Positions 45,259-55,239 of a stretch of 64,000 bases of DNA are shown piece by piece. The position numbers and the translations under genes were made by a program. The first letter of the stretch is position 1, and the number at the start of each line of letters is the position of its first letter. The stretch is taken from assembly GCA_049852185.1 (NCBI GenBank), contig CP187540.1; one strand, written 5' to 3'. The stretch comes from Methanocaldococcus sp. 28A (GTDB taxonomy: Archaea; AGJL01; Methanococci; Methanococcales; Methanocaldococcaceae). The notes under the pieces were generated by a model. The model ran no database searches and was not told the DNA's origin. It worked only from the letters and a program-made list of their open reading frames with translations.

Positions 45259-46449
45259 ATGGATATTCCAAAGCTGTTAAAAGATAAAAAGATACTAATT
45301 TTGATTATATCTCTCATCATATCAATATCTTTATTAATATTTAAAGGACTTGAGTTTGGAATTGATTTAAGCGGAGGAACAGTTATTGTTTTAAAGGCAG
45401 AGAGACCAATGACTGATAAAGAGATACAATTAACAGTAGATATTATTGAGAAAAGATTAAATGCAAATGGTTTGAGTGATATAACTGTTTATCCAAGAGG
45501 TAATGATGAAATTGTTGTTATTATTCCAAAGAGTTCAGACACGGATAGAATAATTAAAATTTTAAAACATCAAGGGGTTTTTGTAGCAAAGATTGATAAT
45601 ATAACTGTCTACACAGGAAAAGATGTTAAGCTTGTTGAACCTCCAACAAAGATTCCAGAGGGTAATAGATGGGTTTATGGAGTTCCTTTTGAGTTAACAT
45701 TAGAAGGAGCCAAAAAATTTGCAGAAGTTGCTAAAGGTAAGGCATATCACAAAGTTGAGCTATATATGGACGGTAAGCTTATATCAGCCCCAGTCTTATC
45801 TCCAGATTTAGCAGATGGAAGGCCACATCCACAGCAAGTTATTACTGTTGGTAGCTACCCTCCCACTAAAGATGAGATTGATGAGGCAATGGCTATATAT
45901 TCAGCTTTAAAATCTGGGGCATTACCTGTAAAATTAGATGTTGAATATACCTATGTAGTTTCACCAGAGTTTGGTAAAGAGTTTTTAAAAGGAACAGCTA
46001 TTGCCTTACTATTAGCATTTATAGCTGTAGGAATAATTGTTAGTATAAGATACAAACAACCAAAAATAGCTATCCCAATTCTAATGACATGTTTATCAGA
46101 AATTATTATAATATTAGGATTTGCTTCTTTAATAAATTGGAAATTAGATTTACCTTCAATAGCTGGTATCATAGCGGCTGTGGGAACAGGGGTTGATAAC
46201 CAAATTGTTATAACAGATGAGGCTTTGAAAAGAGGAGCTGGAAAAATAAGAGCAAGCATTAAAAGAGCCTTCTTTATAATATTTGCTTCAGCCTCTACAT
46301 CTATAGCAGCTATGTTACCTTTATTTGTATTTGGGGTAGGAATGTTAAAAGGGTTTGCAATAACTACAATAGCAGGAGTTTTGATAGGTATATTTATAAC
46401 AAGACCTGCATTTGCAAGAATTATAGAAGAAATGTTTAAGAAATACTAA
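45259..46449 (+). CDS. secD: Protein-export membrane protein SecD
   Basis: GIDLSGG, LKSGALP, IAGIIAAVGTGVD, GFAITT. Confidence 0.93.
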   Translation: MDIPKLLKDKKILILIISLIISISLLIFKGLEFGIDLSGGTVIVLKAERPMTDKEIQLTVDIIEKRLNANGLSDITVYPRGNDEIVVIIPKSSDTDRIIKILKHQGVFVAKIDNITVYTGKDVKLVEPPTKIPEGNRWVYGVPFELTLEGAKKFAEVAKGKAYHKVELYMDGKLISAPVLSPDLADGRPHPQQVITVGSYPPTKDEIDEAMAIYSALKSGALPVKLDVEYTYVVSPEFGKEFLKGTAIALLLAFIAVGIIVSIRYKQPKIAIPILMTCLSEIIIILGFASLINWKLDLPSIAGIIAAVGTGVDNQIVITDEALKRGAGKIRASIKRAFFIIFASASTSIAAMLPLFVFGVGMLKGFAITTIAGVLIGIFITRPAFARIIEEMFKKY

Positions 46450-46537
46450 TGTCACCTTTTTTTATTTTTAATTTAAAAGAGAATTGAAAAATCTTTTTTA
46501 TAAACAAATTTATAATCAAATTTAGATTATGATGAAA

Positions 46538-47594
46538 GTTTCCATACCGAATCGGTCTTATTTTAATGCAACAGATTGGAACAGGGGCATTATTAACAAC
46601 ACTGTTTTCATACCGAATCGGTCTTATTTTAATGCAAGTCAGAAATGAATACTGCAGGAGATGTGGAAAATGTATAATAGTTTCCATACCGAACCGGTCT
46701 TATTTTAATTTATGTTCAAATTTGGTTGATAGATTATAGTAGAAAGAGTTTCCATACCGAACCGGTCTTATTTTAATTTTTTATGTTGTAAAAACCATAA
46801 AAATAAAAATAAAGTTTCCATACCGAACCGGTCTTATTTTAATTTTTTATGTTGTAAAAACCATAAAAATAAAAATAAAGTTTCCATACCGAACCGGTCT
46901 TATTTTAATCTTACGAACATAAGCAATTAATATTAAATATTACAAGTTTCCATACCGAACCGGTCTTATTTTAATGTAGGAAAGAATATTATAGAATATG
47001 AAAGCTCATGGTTATGGTTTTCATACCGAACCGGTCTTATTTTAATTTTTGAGAATTGAATAGCTCTGGTAGATATGTAATAAGGTTTTCATACCGAACC
47101 GGTCTTATTTTAATAAAAGCGTTATAATATAAAAGTTTTTAAGATAAAAAAAGTTTTCATACCGAACCGGTCTTATTTTAATCAAAAGATACCGAAAACA
47201 ATAAAGAATATAAATATAGTTTCAGGTTTTCATACCGAACCGGTCTTATTTTAATATAGATAATGATGAGGGGGTTAGGGAATTATTATTGTTTTCATAC
47301 CGAACCGGTCTTATTTTAATCAAATTTATTAACTTTATTACTTCAACAGATTTCCGGTTTTCATACCGAACCGGTCTTATTTTAATAATATTAACGGGTT
47401 GATTGCCTTATATGTGGCATACGAAATAAGTTTTCATACCGAACCGGTCTTATTTTAATGAGGTGATAGGGCATGAAGACTGTAAACTATATATACGAGT
47501 TTTCATACCGAACCGGTCTTATTTTAATGATAAAATGAGTGATGAGGTTAAACAGATTAAAGAAGTTTTCATACCGAACCGGTCTTATTTTAAT
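46538..47594 (-). CRISPR. CRISPR array 2: 16 repeats, 15 spacers
   Basis: Repeat GTTT(C/T)CATACCGAA(T/C)CGGTCTTATTTTAAT from 46538 to 47565; spacers 35-46 bp; leader on the right. Confidence 0.98.
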
Positions 47595-47958
47595 AGGAGG
47601 CATTTTTTGAATTAAACGAAATTAAGCATTTTTAAATCTTTATTTTATAGGGGTTATATTACAACCCCCCAATTACCTGATTTCTTTATATACCCTAACT
47701 AATATAAATACTTTACGGTATTGTATTAATTAGAACAATAAAACCCCTAAATCTAAAAAATCAAATTATCTATCGGGGAAATCTAAACATAAAAATAATT
47801 ATCTAAAATCTCCTAAAAATCTTACTAATTTAATACATCTAAATAAGTAAAATATTAAAAATAAACTACCCTTAGAAATTAGCTAAAAATCCTCAAAATA
47901 AAAAAATATTCCTTTAAAAATTTCTAAATTAAAAATAAAAAACTTTTAGCGTGATAAA
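47595..47958 (-). promoter_or_regulatory. CRISPR leader 2
   Basis: Near-identical to 11908-12270 (AGGAGGCATTTTTTGAATTAAACG...AGCGTGATAAATAT). Confidence 0.85.
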
Positions 47959-47972
47959 TATCACTTAAATAT

Positions 47973-49262
47973 TTAATAGAATCTTAAATACTTAAACCCA
48001 TCTCCATTATCAAAGCTGTAATGTATCTCGGAATATTCTTTAGCAAATTCTATAACATCTTCTTTAACTTTTTCTGGTTTTTCTTTATCAATGGCTATTC
48101 TTTTCATAAACTCAGCTATTTCTTCCATTTCTTTTTCTTTCATTCCTAATCTTGTACATTCTTGCGTTCCTAATCTAATACCACTTGGATTATCTGAATT
48201 GTTGACATCATCCCATGGCAATAAGTTTTTATTTAAAATTATGTTTGCCTCTTCATACAGTTTAGCTAAATCACTTGCTGAAAATTCAATGTCTGGAGAG
48301 CTTTCTATATCAATAATTACTTGGTGGCTTTCTGTAAAGTCCTTATGCTCACATAAAACATTAAATCCTCTTTCATACAACGCCTGAGCTAATGCTTTTG
48401 CATTTTTAATTACTTGTTTAGCATAATCCTCTCCAAACTCTAACATTTCAGCTAAGGCAATAGCTAAACCTGCCTTATGATGCAAGTGATGATTACTAAC
48501 AACCCCAGGGAATACGTGAGTGTCTATCTTATTAGCATTCTCTTTTGTAGTTAAGATAACTCCTCCCTGAGGTCCAAAGAATGTTTTGTGAGTACTACCC
48601 ATTAAATACTCAGCTCCTTCTCTTAATGGGTCTTGGAATTGTTTTCCAGCAATTAAACCAAGGACGTGAGCTCCATCATAAGCAATTTTAGCTCCAACTT
48701 CTTGAGCAGCTTCATAAGCATCAGCTACTGGATGAGGAAATGGGAATAAAGAACCTCCAAATAATATTAGCTTTGGTTTCTCTTCTAAGATTTTCCTAAC
48801 CATTGCATCAGCATCAATGTTCATCTCTTCTGGGTCAAATGGATGGTTTATAACTTTTAATCCTCTAATTCCGGCAGCACTAACTTTCCAGTGGCTTATA
48901 TGCCCTCCATCTGGAACACTTAAAGCCATTAACTTATTTCCTGGCTTTGTTTCAGCAAAGAAAACAGCTAAATTAGCAACAACTCCACTTGTTGGCTGAA
49001 CATTAGCATGTTCAGCTTTAAACAACTCTTTAGCTAATTCTATGCAGAGTGTTTCAACTTCATCTATATATTTACATCCTTGATATAATCTCTTTCCTGG
49101 CAATCCTTCAGCGTATCTATGCATAAAGTCAGTTGCACATGCCTCTCTAACAGCTAAACTTGTTATATTTTCACTTGCAATTAATTTTATACACTCTCTC
49201 ATCCACTCGTGCTGTTTCATAGAAATTTCTCTAATAAATTTTGGAACATCTGAATATTTCAT
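47973..49262 (-). CDS. glyA: Serine hydroxymethyltransferase
   Basis: [34 protein letters not shown]. Confidence 0.96.
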   Translation of the reverse strand: MKYSDVPKFIREISMKQHEWMRECIKLIASENITSLAVREACATDFMHRYAEGLPGKRLYQGCKYIDEVETLCIELAKELFKAEHANVQPTSGVVANLAVFFAETKPGNKLMALSVPDGGHISHWKVSAAGIRGLKVINHPFDPEEMNIDADAMVRKILEEKPKLILFGGSLFPFPHPVADAYEAAQEVGAKIAYDGAHVLGLIAGKQFQDPLREGAEYLMGSTHKTFFGPQGGVILTTKENANKIDTHVFPGVVSNHHLHHKAGLAIALAEMLEFGEDYAKQVIKNAKALAQALYERGFNVLCEHKDFTESHQVIIDIESSPDIEFSASDLAKLYEEANIILNKNLLPWDDVNNSDNPSGIRLGTQECTRLGMKEKEMEEIAEFMKRIAIDKEKPEKVKEDVIEFAKEYSEIHYSFDNGDGFKYLRFY

Positions 49263-49370
49263 TATTATCCCTCCTGGTTATTTTTTAATGTTGATGAGTT
49301 ATACTTTTATAGTATTTAAATATAATAAAGAACTTATTAGGATTTTATATCATACCTTTTAAAGTGAAAT

Positions 49371-49483
49371 TTATAGTTGTGTGCAAAATAAAATAAACTT
49401 TAAAAAGGAAAGTTTGAATGCCTTCCTTATGGAGTATTCATTATTACCTTATTTTAATTAAGATAGTTTTGCACACAACTATA
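49371..49483. mobile_element. MITE-like element family A, long form
   Basis: Perfect ends TATAGTTGTGTGCAAAA / TTTTGCACACAACTATA. Confidence 0.85.
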
Positions 49484-49538
49484 TTTGATGGTTGACTATA
49501 AAAATATCTTCAAGGTATAAAAGTTTTTGGTGCTCTCT

Positions 49539-50585
49539 ATGATTAAAGTGTGTGTCATAGAAGGAGATGGGATAGGAAAAGAAGTAATTCCAATAGCTGT
49601 GAAAATATTAAATGAGCTTGGAGATTTTGAAATAATTAAAGGAGAGGCAGGATTAGAATGTTTAAAAAAATATAACACAGCTTTACCAGAAGAAACTGTA
49701 GAGAAAGCTAAAGAAGCGGATGTTATTTTATTTGGTGCTATAACATCTCCAAAACCAGGTGAAGTTAAAAATTATAAAAGTCCAATAATAACATTAAGAA
49801 AGTTATTTGATTTATATGCCAATGTAAGGCCAATTAACAACTTTGGGATTGGGCAGTTAATTGGGAGGATTGCGGATTATGAATTCTTAAATGTTAGAAA
49901 TATTGATATAGTTATTATTAGAGAAAATACAGAAGATTTATATGTTGGAAGAGAAAAGTTGGAAAATGGGATAGCAGTAGCCGAAAGGGTTATAACAAAA
50001 AAGGGTTGTGAAAGAATAATAAAATTTGCATTTGAATATGCAATAAAAAATAATAGGAAGAAAGTATCTTGCATACATAAAGCAAATGTTTTAAGAATCA
50101 CTGATGGGTTATTCTTAGAAGTTTTTAATGAAATAAAAAAATATTATGAAATAGAGGCAGATGATTATTTAGTAGATTCAACAGCCATGAATTTAATAAA
50201 AAATCCTGAAAAGTTTGATGTTATTGTTACAACAAATATGTTTGGAGATATTTTATCAGATGAAGCTTCTGCATTGATTGGAGGTTTAGGATTAGCACCA
50301 TCAGCAAATATTGGAGAAGATAAAGCATTATTTGAGCCAGTGCATGGTTCAGCTCCAGATATAGCTGGAAAAGGCATAGCAAATCCAATGGCATCTATCC
50401 TGAGTGTAGCTATGCTATTTGATTATATTGGAGAGAAAGAAAAAGGAGATTTAGTTAGAGAAGCAGTTAAATACTGCCTAATAAATAAAAAAGTTACACC
50501 TGATTTAGGAGGAAATTTAAAGACAAAAGATGTAGGAGATGAAATTCTAAATTACATTAGAAATAAATTAAAGGGATATGAATGA
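49539..50585 (+). CDS. aksF: Homoisocitrate dehydrogenase (isocitrate/isopropylmalate family)
   Basis: EGDGIG, RENTEDLY, HKANVL, NMFGDILSD, EPVHGSAPDIAG; position between glyA and serB as recalled for Methanocaldococcus. Confidence 0.8.
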   Translation: MIKVCVIEGDGIGKEVIPIAVKILNELGDFEIIKGEAGLECLKKYNTALPEETVEKAKEADVILFGAITSPKPGEVKNYKSPIITLRKLFDLYANVRPINNFGIGQLIGRIADYEFLNVRNIDIVIIRENTEDLYVGREKLENGIAVAERVITKKGCERIIKFAFEYAIKNNRKKVSCIHKANVLRITDGLFLEVFNEIKKYYEIEADDYLVDSTAMNLIKNPEKFDVIVTTNMFGDILSDEASALIGGLGLAPSANIGEDKALFEPVHGSAPDIAGKGIANPMASILSVAMLFDYIGEKEKGDLVREAVKYCLINKKVTPDLGGNLKTKDVGDEILNYIRNKLKGYE

Positions 50586-51586
50586 AAATAAAAATTACTA
50601 AATCTTCCATTCTTTTTATTCTTAGCATTGCTTTTATATTAATTTTAATGGCATACATTGGCATATATAAAATATTTCAAATATTAATTAGTGCAAATCC
50701 AATCTATATAATATTGGCAATTATTCTGCAAATAGTTATTTCAATATTATTGGCTTTAAGATGGAGATATATAACAAATATTTTAGGATACAAAGCATCT
50801 ATGAAAAACCTATTTTTACTTGTTTTAATGGGGATGTTTATTAATAATATCACCCCATCCATGAGAGGAGGAGGAGAGGCGTTTAGAGCTTACTATTTAT
50901 CAAAACTTGAAAAGATTCCAAAAGGTTTAGCATTTTCTACAGTGGTGGTTGAGAGAGTTTTAGACACCTCTATATTTTTATTTTTCACATTATTTGTGAT
51001 TGGATACTTTGTAGTTACAGGATTTAAGTATCTTGAATATCTCATTCTTTCATGGATTTTTTTGTTTTCTCTAACTGCAGTAGTTATTTATTTAATAGCA
51101 AATAAAAAACTTCTAATTAAGACAGTTACAAAAATATCAAAGTTTATTTGCAAATACAGTTCATACAATTATGAGGAAGATAAAATACTAAAATCTATTG
51201 ATGATTTCTACAATAGCATGAGATTTTTTAAAAATAAAAGAGGTAGAGATGTTTATATTGCTATAACTTTATCTGTAGGGTGGTATGTCCTTGATATCCT
51301 AAAGTTGTGGTTGTTATTCATATCCTTATCTTATATCGTCTCTATTGTGAGTGTAGCCGCGGTATATTTGATAACGCTTTTGTTTGGGATTTTATCCATA
51401 ACTCCAAGTGGTTTTGGTACTGCTGATACGGTAATGATTCTTTCTTTTTCTGCATTTAAAATACCTCTCTCAGTATCTGCAGCAGTTACATTATTAGATA
51501 GATTTGTATCCTATGTATTCCCAACACTTCTTGGTTATATTGCTATGTTGATTATAAAAAAAGAGCTTGATAAGAAAAGAGTATAA
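50582..51586 (+). CDS. UPF0104 / lysylphosphatidylglycerol synthase TM-family membrane protein
   Basis: NNITPSMRGGGE, VVERVLD, TPSGFG. Confidence 0.85.
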   Translation: MKIKITKSSILFILSIAFILILMAYIGIYKIFQILISANPIYIILAIILQIVISILLALRWRYITNILGYKASMKNLFLLVLMGMFINNITPSMRGGGEAFRAYYLSKLEKIPKGLAFSTVVVERVLDTSIFLFFTLFVIGYFVVTGFKYLEYLILSWIFLFSLTAVVIYLIANKKLLIKTVTKISKFICKYSSYNYEEDKILKSIDDFYNSMRFFKNKRGRDVYIAITLSVGWYVLDILKLWLLFISLSYIVSIVSVAAVYLITLLFGILSITPSGFGTADTVMILSFSAFKIPLSVSAAVTLLDRFVSYVFPTLLGYIAMLIIKKELDKKRV

Positions 51587-51637
51587 TGACTATTTAATTT
51601 TTATTTCAACCTGTAATCCTTTAAAAAGTTATTCTTG

Positions 51638-52273
51638 CTATTTAATATACTTTAAAATCTCTCTTAAGTCCCTCTTCTCTATACAAATATCTGCCTTCTC
51701 TTTTAAAATTGGCTTAGCACAAAAAGCAATTTTTAAGCCAGCTTTTTTAAACATACTTATGTCATTAGCTCCATCTCCTACAGCAACAGTATCTTCTAAT
51801 TTTATTCCTTCAATTTTAGCAATTTTTTCTAAAATTTCTCCTTTAGCATCTTCTTTTAAAACTTCTCCTTCAACTTCTCCGGTTAGTTTTCCATCTTTAA
51901 CAATTAACCTATTTGCAAAAGCATAATCTAACCCCAATTTTTCTTTAATTTTATTAACCGCAATATCAAAACCTCCACTAACAACAGCAACAACATAACC
52001 TCTATTTTTTAGCTCTTTTATAGTTTCTTCAGCTCCTTCAGTTGGTGTTATTCTTTCAATAGCTCTTTCAACCTTTTCAATTGGAAGGTCTTTTAATAAA
52101 CTAACTCTTTTTTTTAATGATTGTTCAAAATTTAATTTCCCTTCCATCGCTTCTTTTGTTATCCTCTTAACCTCTTCCTCAACTCCAGCCTCTCTTGCAA
52201 TCTCATCAATTGTCTCATTATTAACCAATGTGCTATCAAAATCAAATAAAATAAGCTTTTTTTTCTTCTCCAT
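51638..52273 (-). CDS. serB: Phosphoserine phosphatase
   Basis: DFDSTL, VSGGF, GDGAND. Confidence 0.96.
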   Translation of the reverse strand: MEKKKKLILFDFDSTLVNNETIDEIAREAGVEEEVKRITKEAMEGKLNFEQSLKKRVSLLKDLPIEKVERAIERITPTEGAEETIKELKNRGYVVAVVSGGFDIAVNKIKEKLGLDYAFANRLIVKDGKLTGEVEGEVLKEDAKGEILEKIAKIEGIKLEDTVAVGDGANDISMFKKAGLKIAFCAKPILKEKADICIEKRDLREILKYIK

Positions 52274-52340
52274 TCAATCACCAACTTTAAAAATTTTAAA
52301 ATTAAGTAAATTTTAATAAAAAAGTTTAAAATAAAATTAA

Positions 52341-52592
52341 TTATTCAATTTTCTCAACTTTTATCTCATAATCATGGATTACAGGGTTTGCTAAGAGCTT
52401 TTTACACATCTCTTCAACTTCTTCTTTAACTTTTTCTTCATTTTCTCCTTCCATTATTATATCTATCATCTTGTATGTTTGAACTTCTTTGACATTACTA
52501 AACCCTAAAAAGTTTAATGCCCTCTGTATTGTCCTACCTTCTGGGTTTAAAACTCCTTTTTTTAGTTTTATTATAACTGTTGCTTTAAACAT
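52341..52592 (-). CDS. purS: FGAM synthase subunit PurS
   Basis: VLNPEG, LLANPVI. Confidence 0.95.
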   Translation of the reverse strand: MFKATVIIKLKKGVLNPEGRTIQRALNFLGFSNVKEVQTYKMIDIIMEGENEEKVKEEVEEMCKKLLANPVIHDYEIKVEKIE

Positions 52593-52613
52593 AATATTTC
52601 ACCATTTTAAATA

Positions 52614-53342
52614 TTATAATAAACCTAACCTCTCAGCGACAATTCTATATTTAGCGATAACATCTCCTAAATCTTTCCTAAATACATCCTTATCTAACAC
52701 ATCTCTTGTTTCTTTGTCCCACAATCTCATAGTATCTGGGCTTATTTCATCAGCAACTAATAAATTGCCATCTTTATCTCTACCAATTTCAATTTTGAAA
52801 TCAACTAATATTATGCCTTTCTTGTCAAATAATTCCTTTAAAACCTCATTAACTTTTAGAGCAATTTCTTTAATCTTGTCTAATTCCTCTCTTGTAGCTA
52901 AACCTAAAGCTACGGCAATGTCTTCATTTAACATTGGGTCTCCATACTCATCATTTTTGTAATCAAATTGAACAATTGGAAATGGTAGTTCTTTTCCTTC
53001 TTCAAAAGGATATCTTCTGCATAAGCTTCCTGCAGCTATATTTCTAACTATAACTTCTATTGGTATAATCTCAACTTTTTTGGCTACCATATATCTTGGT
53101 TCTATATACTTTATATAATGTGTTTTTATCCCATTATCTTCCAAAACTTCAAATAATTTTGATGAAATTAGGGCGTTTAAATACCCCTTATTCTCTTTAA
53201 CATCATGCTTAGCTCCATTTCCAGCAGTTATATCATCTCTAAACTCAATTAAAACTTTATCATCATCAATCTCATAGATAGACTTTGCTTTTCCACTGTA
53301 TAGTGGCTGCTTTTTTAATATTTCTTCCAATTTTATCTCCAT
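52614..53342 (-). CDS. purC: SAICAR synthase
   Basis: YSGKAK, EVIVRN, LVDFKIE, DEISPD, DKDVFR. Confidence 0.96.
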   Translation of the reverse strand: MEIKLEEILKKQPLYSGKAKSIYEIDDDKVLIEFRDDITAGNGAKHDVKENKGYLNALISSKLFEVLEDNGIKTHYIKYIEPRYMVAKKVEIIPIEVIVRNIAAGSLCRRYPFEEGKELPFPIVQFDYKNDEYGDPMLNEDIAVALGLATREELDKIKEIALKVNEVLKELFDKKGIILVDFKIEIGRDKDGNLLVADEISPDTMRLWDKETRDVLDKDVFRKDLGDVIAKYRIVAERLGLL

Positions 53343-53449
53343 ACTTTCCCACCTAAGGAAGTTTATTGAGTTATAATCTTAAATTTAATTACTTTTATGG
53401 AAAAATAGTTTAACTTAATGTAATATAAATGTAATATAAAAATTTTAGC

Positions 53450-53561
53450 TTATAGTTGTGTGCAAAATAAAATAAACTTTAAAAAGGAAATTTTGAAAGC
53501 CTTCCTTAAAGAGGGCATTCATTAATACCTTATTTATTATAAACACTTTTGCACAATAATA
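53450..53561. mobile_element. MITE-like element family A, right end eroded
   Basis: TTATAGTTGTGTGCAAAATAAAATAAACTTTAAAAAGG...TTTTGCACAATAATA. Confidence 0.75.
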
Positions 53562-53586
53562 GGAACAAAAAAGATATTAAAGATTT

Positions 53587-53622
53587 TCGATGTGCCTCCC
53601 TTAAACGGGTTCGGCACATCGA
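53587..53622 (-). promoter_or_regulatory. Archaeal SECIS element in the selD 3' UTR
   Basis: mRNA UCGAUGUGCC-GAA-CCC-GUUUAA-GGG-A-GGCACAUCGA: 10-bp stem, GAA/A internal loop, 3 G-C pairs. Confidence 0.92.
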
Positions 53623-53659
53623 CTAAAGACGTTTTTACATAGAATCTTTAATAGATATG

Positions 53660-54662
53660 AACTGCCCAGCACCGAGTTAGACTTCAACTATTTCAACATC
53701 TTTACTTAATATCGCTTTTCCTTCACCTTTTTTCTTTACTTTTCCAACTTCAAAAGCATAACATTTAGCTTTTTCTAATTCATTAATTAAATCATCTTTA
53801 TATTCTTTTTTTGCAGATATTAGTAATCCTCCCGCAGTTTCTGCTCCATATCCTTCCAATAATGCATGGCCAAATAATTTACTCAACTCAGGAGTCTTTT
53901 TTATGCATGGTAAAGTATGGATTTCTATTAAAACATTGCTGTTCTTAGCCATTTCATTTGAATGTCCCAATATTCCAAATCCAGTAATATCAGTTAAGGC
54001 ATTTGCTATTTTATCTCCAACTCTTTCTTCTGCTTTTCTTAAAGCCATTAATCCATATCTATTTGATGTTGTCATTATTTCTATTGCTTTATCTATAATG
54101 TACTTTTTTTCCTCATCAGTAATGTTGATTAAATCTTTAAATTCCTCGGGAATCCTTGATAATGCCATCGCTGTTTGAGTTCCTAAGGGTTTTGTTAATA
54201 TTAAAATATCTCCCTCCTTAGCTCCACTTTTTGTTAGAACTTCTTCTTCTCTTCCAACGCCAGTAACTGCTCCTCCAATCAAAGGCCATGGGTTTAGTAT
54301 AGTATGCCCACCAACAATTGAGGTCTTATTTTCTCTACAAAAGTCTTGAAATCCTTTTAACATCTCCCTAACTATTTGTATTGGAAGTTTTTCAGGAATT
54401 CCAACAATTGCTAAAACACCTACTATATCTAATAATCCCATAGCGTAGATATCGCTTGTTGAATTACAGGCAGCTATCTTTCCTTGTATATATGGATTAT
54501 CTACAATCGGAGTGAAAACATCTACAGTCTTTGCAATGACTAATCCATTTCTTTTAATTACTGATGCATCATCACCTAATCCAACCAAAATATTTTTGTC
54601 TGATAAATCCTCTTCATTAACTATTCCTTTAACTAAAGACTCTAACTCGGTGCTGGGCAGTT
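53660..54662. repeat. Perfect 22-bp long-range inverted repeat (53660-53681 and 54641-54662)
   Basis: AACTGCCCAGCACCGAGTTAGA versus TCTAACTCGGTGCTGGGCAGTT. Confidence 0.95.
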
Positions 54663-54726
54663 TACAAGCTCATCCATGTAATTTAACCAATTCAGTTAAT
54701 TTTATTTTTTCATCTACTTTTTCCAT
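53677..54726 (-). CDS. selD: Selenide, water dikinase; selenoprotein (349 aa, Sec19)
   Basis: From ATG 54726: MEKVDEKIKLTELVKLHG-UGA(54672-54670)-ACKLP, the G(C/U)xCK motif; then GDDA, TVDVF, GGHT, TDITGFG, ETAGGLL; SECIS downstream. Confidence 0.96.
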
Positions 54727-54854
54727 ATTTTCACCAGTGAAAGTTATAAATTTATAAACCTAACCAATAACTAATTCTATTAATAAATTTGATGAGCTAT
54801 AAAATACTACCAATTAGACTTTCTAATAACCTTTGAGTTATTAAAGTTTTATAT

Positions 54855-55158
54855 TCTTCAAAATACCATAAAGATGTTAAGAAATAGCTCACAATTGCAT
54901 TTGCCCAAGCTTATATATTTTGGAATCTTATTATCATGGTATTTTATGTTTAGATATAGGGGATTTTAAACCAAATTTTAACTTATTTAAACGCTTAGAG
55001 TGCTATGATAATGAGATTGTAAATTATTTGTTTGAATGCAAAATATTTATGAATTGGATTTATTATTGGATGAGAGTTATAAAAACTCCAATATAAGAAA
55101 TGAGCTATCAAAAACTATAAAAATTAGAGCAATTGAGCTTTATAAAAGGATATATTAA
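54855..55158 (+). pseudogene. Decayed coding fragment, family unknown
   Basis: Protein-like pieces across frameshifts: SKYHKDVKK*LTIAFAQAY / LESYYHGILCLDIGDFKP...LFEC / NIYELDLLLDESYK...ELYKRIY*. Confidence 0.3.
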
Positions 55159-55176
55159 TTGAATATAGACACCTAA

Positions 55177-55223
55177 TGGTGTCAAAGTTCTAAATTTAAT
55201 ATGTAATCTGCGAAAGTCCTATT
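55177..55223. repeat. Palindromic repeat family B, partial
   Basis: CAAAGTTCTAAATTTAATATGTAATCTGCGAAAGTCCTATT, matching about 40836-40876. Confidence 0.65.
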
Positions 55224-55239
55224 TTAAGGATGTGAGAGA

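Noticed and set aside
46436-46687. 83-aa ORF with repeated IKIRPIRY
   Set aside because: Translation of CRISPR repeats.
49539-50585. Calling this leuB or icd
   Set aside because: Motifs do not separate the paralogs; recalled context favours aksF, though not proven.
54670-54672. selD as a pseudogene with a premature stop
   Set aside because: The UGA is at the catalytic Cys/Sec position, with SECIS and tRNA-Sec present.
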